NCBI GenBank assembly: GCA_937895775.1
Contig: CALBLD010000156.1
Span: forward strand, 1-27,852
Direction: 5' to 3'
DNA length: 27,852 bases
Source: an uncultured Clostridia bacterium
GTDB taxonomy: Bacteria; Bacillota; Clostridia; Oscillospirales; CAG-272
In this document: piece after piece, positions 16,216-26,249 of the stretch
How positions within the stretch are numbered: the first letter of the stretch is position 1
Layout: each line of letters begins with the position of its first letter
Notes under the pieces: model-generated
Seen by the model: only the letters and a program-made list of their open reading frames with translations
Databases searched by the model: none
What the model was told of the DNA's origin: nothing
Made by a program: the position numbers and the translations under genes

Positions 16216-16728
16216 ATGTCTGAAACAACCGTAAAAAAGATAAAGCGGTCGGAGTTTGCGACCTTCATCAACACAACTCCGAGCAGTGCGGCAACATATT
16301 GCCGCATGGGCAAGGGAATCACCGGACAGTCGGTGTCCTATAACCCGACGGTCAACACCGAGACCTATATCAACGAGGACTCGGCAACAAACTCGATCGA
16401 CGGCTATGCGCCTTCGATCAACACACCGCAGACCTGCTATGTCGGCGAACCCGTATTCGAATACATTGATAAGCTCCGCAGAAACAGGGCTCTCGGCGCG
16501 GATGCCGAGACCGATGTCGTGCTTGTGTATATTTACTCGCAGAGCGGAGAGACGGCAGGCGTTTACAACGCCGAAAAGTGCAGATGCGCGATCTCGGTCG
16601 AAGAGTTCGGCGGCGATGCCGGAAATCCGGTAAGCCTCACATACACGGTAAACTTCAACGGCGATCCCGAGCTCGGGACGGCGACGATCTCGGAAGGCAC
16701 GATGACCTTCACCAAGGCGAGCGCGTAA
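16216..16728 (+). CDS. Major tail tube protein
   Basis: AAAGGAG RBS; FINTTP..Y.RMGKGI..SYNP..ETYINED, FGGDAG..YTVNFNGDP..GT. Confidence 0.85.
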   Translation: MSETTVKKIKRSEFATFINTTPSSAATYCRMGKGITGQSVSYNPTVNTETYINEDSATNSIDGYAPSINTPQTCYVGEPVFEYIDKLRRNRALGADAETDVVLVYIYSQSGETAGVYNAEKCRCAISVEEFGGDAGNPVSLTYTVNFNGDPELGTATISEGTMTFTKASA

Positions 16729-16745
16729 GGGCGCAAAAACGGCAA

Positions 16746-16769
16746 AAAGGCGGGAGCAATCCCGCCTTT
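16746..16769 (+). terminator. GNRA-loop hairpin (weak terminator/stability element) after the tail tube gene
   Basis: AAAGGCGGGA-GCAA-TCCCGCCTTT, perfect 10-bp stem with a short U tract. Confidence 0.6.
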
Positions 16770-16789
16770 ACCTTCAGGAGGATAAAAAA

Positions 16790-17245
16790 ATGGAATCGAT
16801 CAGAGTACAGAACAAAGACATATACAGGATAGAGGTCAACGACAAGGGCGAGTGCATACAGTTCGATCTTACAGACATCGAACTGCCGTTCAGACTGGAA
16901 AAATCCAAGAACATGGTGAACGATGCCGAACAGTGGCTCAAGGGTCAGATACTCATAATCGGCAAGCGGGAGGATGTCCCGGGCAAGGACGGCGGTCTTT
17001 CGGCAAACGAGCGCGCACAGCTTGAAGCGTACCGCGAATTTTTCAGACGGATGAGAGCGGCGATCGATGTTCTTGCCGGCAAGGACGCGGCGCAGAAGAT
17101 ATTCGGCGATCAGAACTATGTCGGCATGTTCAACGACTTCATGGAGCAGATGGCTCCGCATTTCGACAAAATGCAGCTTAAGGGGATCGACATCAAAAAG
17201 CGCATAGAAGAAAAATACGGCGAAAAAGCGGATGACGAGATATGA
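16790..17245 (+). CDS. Tail assembly chaperone
   Basis: AGGAGG RBS; between tube and tape measure; IDVLAGKDAAQKIFG. Confidence 0.7.
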   Translation: MESIRVQNKDIYRIEVNDKGECIQFDLTDIELPFRLEKSKNMVNDAEQWLKGQILIIGKREDVPGKDGGLSANERAQLEAYREFFRRMRAAIDVLAGKDAAQKIFGDQNYVGMFNDFMEQMAPHFDKMQLKGIDIKKRIEEKYGEKADDEI

Positions 17246-17805
17246 GCTATCCGGAGTACGCCAACATAAACGGGGAGCGGTACAAGATCAACACCGATTT
17301 CAGGTACGGGCTTCGTTGTTTTGACGTGGTCAACGACGAAACAATATGCGACGAGGAAAGAGCACTTGCGGTCGTGTACATACTGTTCGGCTTTCTGCCC
17401 GAGCCGGAACTGCTTGAGCTTTTTCTCGAAAAGGCAAAGCTTTTTCTCCAGTGCGGGGAGACGTTCGACGAGCAGAGTGCGAAAAAGCCGGACATGGATT
17501 TTGCGTTTGACCGTCCGTATATAAACGCAAGCTTTATGAGCGATTACAGAATCGATCTGAACAAGGAGAAGATGCACTTCTGGCAGTTTGTCGAGCTGAT
17601 AAGGGGACTGACCGAAAGCTGTTCGCTGTCAAAGCTCCGGGAGATCAGGAACTACGATCCCGCCGATTACAAGGACCCGAAGGCAAGGGCGAAGATCATA
17701 AAGGCGCAGCAGGCGGTCGCTCTGCCCGTAAGACACACGAGAGAAGAGCTTGACGCAATCTCGGAGTTTGAAAATCTGATGAAAGGAGCAGGCAATGGAA
17801 GTTGA
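17242..17805 (+). CDS. Gp15-family tail protein (A118-like)
   Basis: YKINTDFR, DFAFDRPYINASFMSDYRIDL..MHFWQF..L..L motifs. Confidence 0.85.
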   Translation: MSYPEYANINGERYKINTDFRYGLRCFDVVNDETICDEERALAVVYILFGFLPEPELLELFLEKAKLFLQCGETFDEQSAKKPDMDFAFDRPYINASFMSDYRIDLNKEKMHFWQFVELIRGLTESCSLSKLREIRNYDPADYKDPKARAKIIKAQQAVALPVRHTREELDAISEFENLMKGAGNGS

Positions 17806-19942
17806 CGGGGGTATAAGAGTAAAAACAAAAATAGACACCGAACAGACGCTTGACGGGTTGAAAAAGCTTGAAAAGGAAGCCGAAAAGACGGCGCAGAAGA
17901 TCACCGAGGCGGGGAAGAAGGTCAGCACGGCGTTCACCGGAATGAGCGCGAAACAGCTTGAAACGGCGATCGCAAAGGCGAACAAGGAGCTTGAAAAGCA
18001 GATCGCACTCAGAGACGAGCTTGAAACCAAGGCGAACTCGGTGCAGGACAGTTACAAGCCGATGTACGCCGATGCGACAAGCGAAAAACAGCGGGAAAAC
18101 ATAGACGAGATCGCACAGGCGGAGCTTGCGCCGATCAACGCAAAATGGGACGAGCTGAATGCGAAAATCAAGGAGAGCCGTGCGAACATCAATGCGATGA
18201 AGAGTGCGCTCGACCGGACAAAAAAAGCCGAGGACGACACGACGAAATCGGCGGAAAAGAAAGGAAAAGCCGAAAAGGATGCGGCAAAATCGACCAAAGA
18301 AGCGGCTAAATCGGCAAAGCAGGGCAAAAAGACCTTCAAGGACTGGCTGAAAACCGCGCTGAAGCTGTCGGCTTCGATGTTCGGCATCAGAGCGGCTTAC
18401 ATGGTTCTCCGCAAAGCCGCATCGGCATATCTCGATCAGAATGAGGAATTGAAAAATCAGATCGATTCGATCTGGAACGTCTTAGGCACGGCGATCGGAC
18501 CGGTTGTGCGGCAGGTCGTGAATTGGCTGACAATTGCGATTACTTACGCAAACGAGTTTATAAAGTCGCTCACGGGCGTTGATCTGATAGCGAAATCGAA
18601 CGCCGCCGCGCTGAAAAAACAGGCGGACGCAACTAAAAAAGCATCGGATGCGGCAAAGACGCTTGCGGGATTTGACGAAATAAATAAAATCAGCGACAGC
18701 GACACGTCGGGCAGTTCGGGTGATGCGGTCACCCCGGGAGTTTTTCAGCCCGCCGACACGTCGGGGTTCCCTGCGCCTTCCGCCGATGCGTGGAGCGGAT
18801 TTTCCGACATTATCAATACTATCAAAGGTGTTTTTGACGGCTTGCGCTCAACCGCAGAGGGTTTTTATTTTGCTACCTCGGACTGGCTGGCAACTGTTGA
18901 TTTTACTCCTTTAATGACCGCATTTGCGGGTTGTACAGAGGCGTTGGCACCTTTTGTCGCTCTTATCGGCGGCGCACTCCTTGAAGTTTATCAAGCGGTT
19001 CTTTTGCCGCTTGCGGGCTGGGCAATAGAAGAAGCCGCTCCCGCTTCGATAGATGCGGTAAGAGCGGCACTGGAAGCACTGCATGCGTTTTTCGAGCCTT
19101 TCCTTGCGGGAGTGCAGGAACTGTGGGCTGCTATACAGCCCGTGGTTGAATGGGTCGAGGACACGGTTGTCGAAGCCATCAACGGAGTCAAATCGACATA
19201 TGAGCAGTTTGCCGATGTTTTTGGAGAAAGAAGCGAGGAAATACAGAATATCATATCCGGCATAGGAGATATTGTCTCTGCGGTATGGTCGGTTATTGAG
19301 CCTGCCCTCGATGTTATCAAAGAGCATATATGGAATGTACTCTCATTTATCGGAGATATTATCGGTTCGGTTATCGGTGCCGCAATTGACGTTCTTTCCG
19401 GGCTTATCGACTTCATCGCAGGAGTTTTTACGGGAGATTGGAGGAGAGCATGGAACGGAATCAAGAAGATATTCGTTGGTATTTGGAACGGCATCAAGAG
19501 TGTAATAAAGGGCGTTATCAACGGTATTCTTCGCGGCATTGAGTCAATGGTGAACGGAGTTATAAAGGGTCTTAACTTTATGATTAACGCACTGAATAAG
19601 TTGAGTTTCGATATTCCCGATTGGGTTCCGGTCGTCGGAGGCAAAAAGTTCGGTTTCAACATAAAAGAAATCAAAGAAGTAAAGCTTCCGAGACTTGCGC
19701 AGGGCGGCATTGTGAACAATCCCGGGCGTGGCGTTCCTGTGATTGCCGGAGAAGCCGGGTCGGAAGCGATCCTGCCGCTCACCAAAAACACCGAATGGAT
19801 GGACATGCTTGCCGACAGGCTCGGACGGAGCAGTGACGGCGGCAACATTGTCGTGCAGATCATGCTGAACGGCAAAAAGATACAGGAAGAGCTTATAAAG
19901 CTTAACAGGAAGCGGGATTTCGCAACGAACGGAGGGATTTGA
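17795..19942 (+). CDS. Tail tape measure protein
   Basis: DGGIRVKTKID start, coiled coils, LAGFDEIN, Trp/Phe-periodic helices, IPDWVP..LPRLAQGGIV..GEAGSEAILPL C-terminus. Confidence 0.92.
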   Translation: MEVDGGIRVKTKIDTEQTLDGLKKLEKEAEKTAQKITEAGKKVSTAFTGMSAKQLETAIAKANKELEKQIALRDELETKANSVQDSYKPMYADATSEKQRENIDEIAQAELAPINAKWDELNAKIKESRANINAMKSALDRTKKAEDDTTKSAEKKGKAEKDAAKSTKEAAKSAKQGKKTFKDWLKTALKLSASMFGIRAAYMVLRKAASAYLDQNEELKNQIDSIWNVLGTAIGPVVRQVVNWLTIAITYANEFIKSLTGVDLIAKSNAAALKKQADATKKASDAAKTLAGFDEINKISDSDTSGSSGDAVTPGVFQPADTSGFPAPSADAWSGFSDIINTIKGVFDGLRSTAEGFYFATSDWLATVDFTPLMTAFAGCTEALAPFVALIGGALLEVYQAVLLPLAGWAIEEAAPASIDAVRAALEALHAFFEPFLAGVQELWAAIQPVVEWVEDTVVEAINGVKSTYEQFADVFGERSEEIQNIISGIGDIVSAVWSVIEPALDVIKEHIWNVLSFIGDIIGSVIGAAIDVLSGLIDFIAGVFTGDWRRAWNGIKKIFVGIWNGIKSVIKGVINGILRGIESMVNGVIKGLNFMINALNKLSFDIPDWVPVVGGKKFGFNIKEIKEVKLPRLAQGGIVNNPGRGVPVIAGEAGSEAILPLTKNTEWMDMLADRLGRSSDGGNIVVQIMLNGKKIQEELIKLNRKRDFATNGGI

Positions 19943-20305
19943 TTGACACTTCTGAAAATCGACGGGGTCACCGTCCCCAAGCTTATCGGCTACAAGGTGA
20001 GCTACTGCAAGCTGTGGGGGAGCGACACCGGACGCAGTATGACCGGGGAGAACAAAGGAACGCTTGTCGGCATCTTCCCGAAGATCGAGATCACACTCGG
20101 GCGGCTGACGGCATCCGAGATGTCAAAACTTCTGACACTCGTCAACAAGGCGTCGGCGACCGTTACATATTACGACACCGAGAAAAGGCAGGAGATCACC
20201 GGCTCCTTTTACTTCGGCGATGTTGCCGACGAGATCATAAAGCAGAAAACCGAGGGTCACAAGCAGATCGGCATAAGCATAATTGCAAACAAGAGGAGGG
20301 GATAG
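19943..20305 (+). CDS. Distal tail-type protein
   Basis: TTG start after GGAGGG; LWGSDTGRSMTG motif; follows the tape measure. Confidence 0.65.
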   Translation: MTLLKIDGVTVPKLIGYKVSYCKLWGSDTGRSMTGENKGTLVGIFPKIEITLGRLTASEMSKLLTLVNKASATVTYYDTEKRQEITGSFYFGDVADEIIKQKTEGHKQIGISIIANKRRG

Positions 20306-20306
20306 G

Positions 20307-21926
20307 ATGCTGACATCAAGGGCGGACGGCAAAACCCTCTTTCTCGAGGATGCGGACGGAAAAAGCTCACTCGTTCTGCAGAACAAAACGGCAACGCTCA
20401 CAAGTGCGGGCGTGTCGTCAAGACTGCATGAAAGGACGCTTGTTGCCGAGGATGCATCCGGCACGCTGAAAAGCATACTCGCAAACTACGGCAGACAGCT
20501 TGAGGTCAGACTGACGCACGGCACGACCGTGTACGAAAACAGTGACATCGTCTCATGCACGATATCATGCGACGGCGATCTGCTGTCTTCGGTCATGCGG
20601 CAGGCGGAGCTTGAGCTTGACGGTGTCGGAGATCAGACCTTTGCCGAGAGCATGAAGGGCGAAAAAATCACGCTTTCGCTCACGGCGACGGCGGACGGCT
20701 ATTCAAAGACGAAGAACTTCGGAACATTTATCGTCAAAGAAGCGGAGTTCTGCGACGACAGCAATTCGGTGAAGCTCACCTGTTACGACATGCTGCTTCT
20801 GTCGATGGTTCCGTACACTCCGGTCTGCGATTTTGAAACTCCGGTGACGCTCGGCGGCTATTTTGCGGCGATCTGCGCTTTTCTCGGCATACCCGCGGGA
20901 AACACCGACTTCACAAACAGCGCATGCCTGATCGACGGCGAAAAATACGATAACGGATATACTTTCCGCGACGTTCTGACCGAGATTGCGCAGGCGGCGG
21001 GCGGCACGATTGCCATGCGCGACGACAGGCTTGCCGTCATTTATCCGGGCGAGACCGGGCTTGTTGTCGACCCGTCCGAACTCCGGACTTCCCGTGTCGG
21101 CGAGGCATACGGACCCGTAAACAGCGTCGTGCTGGCGAGAAGTCCGCAGGAGGACAACATATACAGGCGGGACGAGACAAAAACCGACTGGCACGAACTG
21201 CGCATTGAGAACAATCAGCTCATGGACAGCCACAGGGAAGACTTCATCGATGCGCTGTACACAAAGCTCTATGGACTGAAATATTACCCGTATGAGATTG
21301 ATTCGTTCGGGATAGTATATCTCGACCTCTGTGACAGATTCACGCTTGAAACGCTTGACGGCAAGCGGTATGACAGCATATATGCGGGTTCGACAATCGA
21401 AATCACGTCCGGACTGCGGGAGAGCGCAAAGCTTGCGCCGATAAGCGTCGGAAAGACCGATTACATGACTGCGGCAAAGACCGACAGGGCGATAAACAAA
21501 ACGATTCTGCGGGTGGACAAGCAGGAGCAGGCAATCGATGCGCTTGTATCGACGACAACGAGCCGCATGAACGATCTTTCGGGGCAGATGGATTCGATCA
21601 CGAAAGAGGTTGCGACAAAAATGACATCCGAGCAGGTGAGCATAGAGATCAGCGAGGCGATAAACGGCATCGATTCGGTCAGGACATCGACCGGATATAC
21701 ATTTGATAAGGATGGGCTGAAAATCGGCAAGAGCGGCGAAGAAATGACAAATCTGATCGACAACACCGGCATGTATGTGCGGCGGAGCGGAGACGACATT
21801 CTGACCGCGAACAACGAGGGTGTCGATGCGATAAATCTCCGTGCGCGGCAGTATCTCATGATCGGCGCAAATTCCCGACTTGAGGATTACGAGACATCAA
21901 GGACAGCCTGCTTCTTCATCGGATAA
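20307..21926 (+). CDS. Tail tip / baseplate hub protein
   Basis: GAGGAGG RBS; FGTFIV..CYD.L, INSVVLAR-like motif, coiled coil, TGYTFDKDGL. Confidence 0.7.
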   Translation: MLTSRADGKTLFLEDADGKSSLVLQNKTATLTSAGVSSRLHERTLVAEDASGTLKSILANYGRQLEVRLTHGTTVYENSDIVSCTISCDGDLLSSVMRQAELELDGVGDQTFAESMKGEKITLSLTATADGYSKTKNFGTFIVKEAEFCDDSNSVKLTCYDMLLLSMVPYTPVCDFETPVTLGGYFAAICAFLGIPAGNTDFTNSACLIDGEKYDNGYTFRDVLTEIAQAAGGTIAMRDDRLAVIYPGETGLVVDPSELRTSRVGEAYGPVNSVVLARSPQEDNIYRRDETKTDWHELRIENNQLMDSHREDFIDALYTKLYGLKYYPYEIDSFGIVYLDLCDRFTLETLDGKRYDSIYAGSTIEITSGLRESAKLAPISVGKTDYMTAAKTDRAINKTILRVDKQEQAIDALVSTTTSRMNDLSGQMDSITKEVATKMTSEQVSIEISEAINGIDSVRTSTGYTFDKDGLKIGKSGEEMTNLIDNTGMYVRRSGDDILTANNEGVDAINLRARQYLMIGANSRLEDYETSRTACFFIG

Positions 21927-21937
21927 AGGGGGTTTAC

Positions 21938-23671
21938 ATGGCAATAACACTTGCACAGAAAGTCAGGTGGGGAAACTCGCCGACAAACTATTTTGATTTT
22001 TCATACGAAAAGGTGCGCAGCGGCGCAGATATGCGTTACAAAATCACGGTCGTGTGCGAGCCGTGTTACGGGGAATCCTATTTCGGCTTCCCGATATACC
22101 TTGAGATAAAGCTCGGCGGCAGTACGGTCACAAAGACGCTGAAAAACGCATCTCCGAGCAGATGGACGGAAAGCCTTACGTATACCACCGACTGGATAAC
22201 TGCGGCAAACATGACGAGCGGGACGGCATCGCTCACAATACGCATATACTCGGGGAGCGGGTCGAGCCGCAACACGTCATACGGCTACAGGCTTGCCGTC
22301 GATCCGGCGGCGAGTTCGGTAAGCGCAACCGATGCATACATCGGAAGTGCAAGCACGATCACGATAAACCGCTATTCGTCGGGATTTACGCATACAGTCT
22401 CCTATAAAGCCGAGGGTGAGAGCGGATACACGACGATCTTCGAAAAGCGCGGTCTGACCTCTTACGGCTGGGTCGTCCCGACCGAGTTTTATGCGCTTAC
22501 GGTATGGCGACGGTGGATTGACATCGAAATAAAGTGCGACACTTACGACGGTGACGAACTTGTCGGAAGTTCGTTTCACACAATGGCGGCGACCGTCAAA
22601 GAAAGCGAAAATGCGCCTGATGTGACCGTCTCCGCCGAAGACACAAAAGCGGCGGCGACACTGCTGACCGGAAGCAACAAGCGGATCATATCCGGCTATA
22701 ACTCTCTGCTCGTAAGCTCGTCGGGGACAGCGAAAAACGGTGCGATTATTCAGCAGACAAGGCTTGCGGTCGGCTCGGTGACGAAGGACGGAGCGTCGGC
22801 GACCTTCGACGGTGCCGAATCGGACAATATCAGCGCAACCGTCGGAGATTCGCGCGGATTTTCCACGACCGCAAAGGTGACCGACGTGACGCTTGTACCC
22901 TATATCGAGCTGACTTGCACGCCGACGGTCACGAGGGAATCCCCGACAAGCAACAGCGTGACGATAACCGTCAAGGGCAATTTCTTCGGCGGCTCGTTTG
23001 GCGCAAAGGAAAACACGCTCTCGGTCGGTGCGCAGGCAAAGCGCACAGGCGAGGACGTGTACGGTGAGCTTACGGCTCTTGCCGTGACGATTGACGGAAA
23101 CAGCTACACGGCAACCGGAACGCTCGACGGCGTGGATTATCGGTACACCCACAACGTGCGGGTGATCGCCGAGGATTTGGTACACAGGACGGGCGGCGCG
23201 CTTGCCGACGAGGTCGCATCGGTATCGACGGTCGGAAAGGGAATTCCCGTCTTCGACTGGGGAGAAAACGATTTCGCATTCCATGTCCCGGTGTCGATCG
23301 ACGGATGCGGCTCCTTCCCGGGCGACGGCTGGCAGACGCTCACCCCCGAAAGCAATTTCGACGCATACAATGTCGCCGATCCTCCGGTATACCGCAAAGT
23401 CGGCGCACTCGTCCAGATCGTCGGCAGTATTTCGCCGCATCAGGCGATATCCGGCTCGGAGACCGAATACAAAATTGCCGCTCTGCCCGAAGGATGCCGA
23501 CCGAAAACGGCGGTCGGGGTCGTCTGTCAGGGCGGTGGAAGAGCGGCATGGCTCCTGCTTGTAAACACAAACGGAGATCTGACATTTTCCCGGTACAGGG
23601 ACAATAACGGACTGAAAACCGCCGAAACATCGGCACGGCTTTATTTTAATGCAGTCTTCTTCTGCGCATGA
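21938..23671 (+). CDS. DUF859-like siphovirus minor structural/tail protein
   Basis: ITINRYSSGFTHT, DSRGFSTT, GNFFGGSFGA, GIPVFDWG; C-terminal YRKVG..LPEGCRP tail-fibre-type domain. Confidence 0.75.
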   Translation: MAITLAQKVRWGNSPTNYFDFSYEKVRSGADMRYKITVVCEPCYGESYFGFPIYLEIKLGGSTVTKTLKNASPSRWTESLTYTTDWITAANMTSGTASLTIRIYSGSGSSRNTSYGYRLAVDPAASSVSATDAYIGSASTITINRYSSGFTHTVSYKAEGESGYTTIFEKRGLTSYGWVVPTEFYALTVWRRWIDIEIKCDTYDGDELVGSSFHTMAATVKESENAPDVTVSAEDTKAAATLLTGSNKRIISGYNSLLVSSSGTAKNGAIIQQTRLAVGSVTKDGASATFDGAESDNISATVGDSRGFSTTAKVTDVTLVPYIELTCTPTVTRESPTSNSVTITVKGNFFGGSFGAKENTLSVGAQAKRTGEDVYGELTALAVTIDGNSYTATGTLDGVDYRYTHNVRVIAEDLVHRTGGALADEVASVSTVGKGIPVFDWGENDFAFHVPVSIDGCGSFPGDGWQTLTPESNFDAYNVADPPVYRKVGALVQIVGSISPHQAISGSETEYKIAALPEGCRPKTAVGVVCQGGGRAAWLLLVNTNGDLTFSRYRDNNGLKTAETSARLYFNAVFFCA

Positions 23672-23684
23672 CCGAAAGGAGAAA

Positions 23685-24767
23685 ATGATGAATTTTGTTG
23701 ATACACTTGACATAATGGGAACGGCGGTCAGACTTATCCCCTGCATAACCGGAAGCGGTGCGCCGACCGCAGAAACCGACGGGGATGTCGGTGTTTTGTA
23801 TCTGGATAAGACGGGCGGAACGATCTATGCATGCACCGACGGCGGCGTATGGAAGCCGCTCACAGTGTCGGTTGACAGCGCACTCTCGGACAGCTCGGAA
23901 AATCCCGTGCAGAACAAAGCGGTCAAAGCGGCGATCGATGCGAAGATCGATAAAACGGCGGCGACAACCGACACATTCGCCGCAGACACACTGCCGTTCA
24001 GAGGCACGGACGGCAATTTCAGCATAGGCGCACCGACATCAGACAATCAGGCGGCGACCAAAAAGTATGTTGACGATGCCGTCGCCGCATCGGGCGGGTC
24101 GGTTGCCGTTGACAGCGCACTCTCGGACACATCCGAGAATCCGGTGCAGAACAAGGTCGTCAAGGCGGCACTTGACGGGAAAGTCTCATGCCAGCCGACA
24201 GGATCGGGCGAATCCGGGGTTTACGGCATGAAGGACGGGCAGGAGCAATTTATCAAGTACACCAGAAGCGACGACCCTAATACTCTTGTTTACCGTGACA
24301 GTAACGGCTTTTTTGTCGTGCATACGCCGACAGGCGAGTGGCACCCGACAAACAAGAAATATGTTGACGATGCGATCGCGGGAGTATCTTCGGGCGGGGG
24401 AGTAAACACCTTTTACACAACGACAAAAAATGTGCCGAAATCCTTTGTCACGGCGAACAACGGCGTTGTCGTCGTATACGGCAGTGTGGGTTACTCGGCA
24501 GGCTCTAATCCGTGGACGGCAACGATCCCGCTTGATGCCTTTTCCGAATCGTCGGCATACAATTACACTTTCCGTGTGCTTGCGCCGACAAGCCTTGCCG
24601 ATACGGGAGACAACGGCTCTTCGCAGGGTGCAACCCCGTTTATACAGATCACGATGACCGAAGGCACCGACAGTTACACACTGTCCGCATCTGCCGAAAA
24701 TTTCGGCGGCGTGAGCGTGGTCATGCGTTCGCTGTACGGCATCGGCACGGCGAAATCGGGCAGTTAA
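23685..24767 (+). CDS. Tail fibre / receptor-binding protein candidate
   Basis: AAAGGAG RBS; GSGAPT..G..YLD..Y motif; duplicated VDSALSDxSENPVQNK and KKYVDDA units. Confidence 0.7.
   Translation: MMNFVDTLDIMGTAVRLIPCITGSGAPTAETDGDVGVLYLDKTGGTIYACTDGGVWKPLTVSVDSALSDSSENPVQNKAVKAAIDAKIDKTAATTDTFAADTLPFRGTDGNFSIGAPTSDNQAATKKYVDDAVAASGGSVAVDSALSDTSENPVQNKVVKAALDGKVSCQPTGSGESGVYGMKDGQEQFIKYTRSDDPNTLVYRDSNGFFVVHTPTGEWHPTNKKYVDDAIAGVSSGGGVNTFYTTTKNVPKSFVTANNGVVVVYGSVGYSAGSNPWTATIPLDAFSESSAYNYTFRVLAPTSLADTGDNGSSQGATPFIQITMTEGTDSYTLSASAENFGGVSVVMRSLYGIGTAKSGS
23871..24380 (+). repeat. Intragenic tandem duplication in the tail fibre gene
   Basis: 22-nt identity GTTGACAGCGCACTCTCGGACA at 23871 and 24108; TATGTTGACGATGC in both units. 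Confidence 0.85.
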
Positions 24768-24778
24768 GGAGCATTGAC

Positions 24779-25063
24779 ATGGATATGATAGCGACGGTGG
24801 CGACATTCACGGGCGAGATCGCTGTGATTGTCGGTGCCTTGATTCCGATAATCGTCTGGATCAGGAAGATCACGGCGGGGCAGAAATGTCAGCTCCGCTC
24901 GGAAATGCTCCGGATATATTATCACAACAAGGACGACAAGAAAATCAGACAGTACGAGTACGAGAATTTTGCCTACCTGTACGAGGCGTACAAGGCTCTT
25001 AAGGGAAACTCATTCGTGGATAAAATTCACGATGAAATAAAGAAATGGGAGATAATCACATGA
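24779..25063 (+). CDS. Holin-like membrane protein
   Basis: One N-terminal TM segment, LRSEML..YEAYKALKGN; directly before the endolysin. Confidence 0.6.
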   Translation: MDMIATVATFTGEIAVIVGALIPIIVWIRKITAGQKCQLRSEMLRIYYHNKDDKKIRQYEYENFAYLYEAYKALKGNSFVDKIHDEIKKWEIIT

Positions 25064-25929
25064 CGAAAGTAATGACAAACATCGAGCTTGCGGCAAGGGC
25101 GAAGGATGCCGCGACAAAGTACAGAACGCTTTACATCAAGGGCTGTTTCGGTGCGCCGATGAACGAGCGAAACAAGCAGAGGTATTCGGACAACTGCGCA
25201 TACAATCGCCGTGCAGACCGCAGAAATCTGATCGAGAGCGCGCCCGCAGACACGTTCGGCTTTGACTGCGTCTGTCTTATAAAAGGATTGCTGTGGGGGT
25301 GGTGCGGCAACGGGACCGCAATCTACGGCGGGGCAGGCTACGCATCAAACGGCGTGCCGGACATAGGCGAGAGCGCAATGATCGCAAAGTGCGATGCGGT
25401 ATCGACACGCTTTGACCTCGACACGATGATCCCCGGGGAAATGCTGTACATGCCCGGACACTGCGGCATATACATCGGCGGCGGGCTTGCGGTCGAGTGT
25501 TCGCCCGCATGGGAAAACAAGGTGCAGATCACGGCATGTAATTGTGATATCCCCGGATATCATCGTCGTGATTGGAAAAAGCACGGACGGCTTCCGTGGG
25601 TCGAATATCAGACAAACTACCGCCCGACCGTCATGGAGTGGCAGAAAGCGGCGATCGCCGACGGATTCGCCTTTCCGAAATACGGCGCGGACGGGATATG
25701 GGGAAGCGAGTGCGAAAGTGTCGCAAAGCGTGCGATCGTAAAGCGCAGGCTCTTTTACACGCACAAAAATCTGACGAAGATCGTGCAGAAAGTTGTCCGT
25801 GTAACGGTTGACGGCAAGTGCGGCAAGGACACAAGGGCGGCGATAATCGCATACCAAAAAGCAAACGATCTTGCCGCCGACGGAGAGGCCGGAATCAACA
25901 CATGGAAGAAAATGCTGGGGGTGAAATGA
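25060..25929 (+). CDS. Endolysin: NlpC/P60-like Cys-His peptidase plus peptidoglycan-binding domain
   Basis: FDCVCLIKG (Cys), GHCGIYIG (His); [30 protein letters not shown] binding repeats. Confidence 0.85.
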   Translation: MTKVMTNIELAARAKDAATKYRTLYIKGCFGAPMNERNKQRYSDNCAYNRRADRRNLIESAPADTFGFDCVCLIKGLLWGWCGNGTAIYGGAGYASNGVPDIGESAMIAKCDAVSTRFDLDTMIPGEMLYMPGHCGIYIGGGLAVECSPAWENKVQITACNCDIPGYHRRDWKKHGRLPWVEYQTNYRPTVMEWQKAAIADGFAFPKYGADGIWGSECESVAKRAIVKRRLFYTHKNLTKIVQKVVRVTVDGKCGKDTRAAIIAYQKANDLAADGEAGINTWKKMLGVK

Positions 25930-25930
25930 G

Positions 25931-26134
25931 ATGAAAAAGAATTTCGGAAAATGGATAAAGGCGGCGGGCATACGTGCGCTGAAAACGGTCGCACAGACTG
26001 CAGTCGCAACGATCGGAACGGCGGCGGTCATCGGAGAGGTCAACTGGATCGCGGTCGCATCGGCATCCGCACTTGCGGGCGTGCTGTCATTGCTGACCTC
26101 GGTCGCAGGTCTGCCCGAAGTGGACGACGAATAA
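25931..26134 (+). CDS. Holin, r1t family
   Basis: [38 protein letters not shown]. Confidence 0.92.
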   Translation: MKKNFGKWIKAAGIRALKTVAQTAVATIGTAAVIGEVNWIAVASASALAGVLSLLTSVAGLPEVDDE

Positions 26135-26142
26135 AAAAGCAA

Positions 26143-26176
26143 ATCCGCCGGGACACCCCGGCGGATAATTTTTTTT
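26143..26176 (+). terminator. Late operon terminator
   Basis: ATCCGCCGGG-ACAC-CCCGGCGGAT then AA and T8. Confidence 0.85.
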
Positions 26177-26205
26177 GAAAAAATCAGATTTTTTTGCAAA
26201 ACCTC

Positions 26206-26234
26206 TTGACAAATACGCATAAAATGTGTATAAT
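26206..26234 (+). promoter_or_regulatory. hicAB promoter with palindromic operator
   Basis: TTGACA, 17 bp, TATAAT; ATACGCAT-AAA-ATGTGTAT inverted repeat at 26213-26231. Confidence 0.85.
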
Positions 26235-26249
26235 ATAGACAGATAGGAG

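Noticed and set aside
17191..17245. Programmed -1 frameshift joining the tail chaperone to the Gp15 ORF at AAAAAG
   Set aside because: The -1 frame has TGA at 17233-17235 before the next ORF; ATGA coupling explains the layout.
22277..23746. Long antisense ORFs (also 2068-3093, 9922-11061, 13670-14602, 18991-19980, 26982-27722)
   Set aside because: Shadows of well-supported sense genes; no recognisable motifs.
23871..24380. DGR template/variable repeat pair
   Set aside because: Differences are not adenine-specific, both copies are in one ORF, and no reverse transcriptase is in the window.
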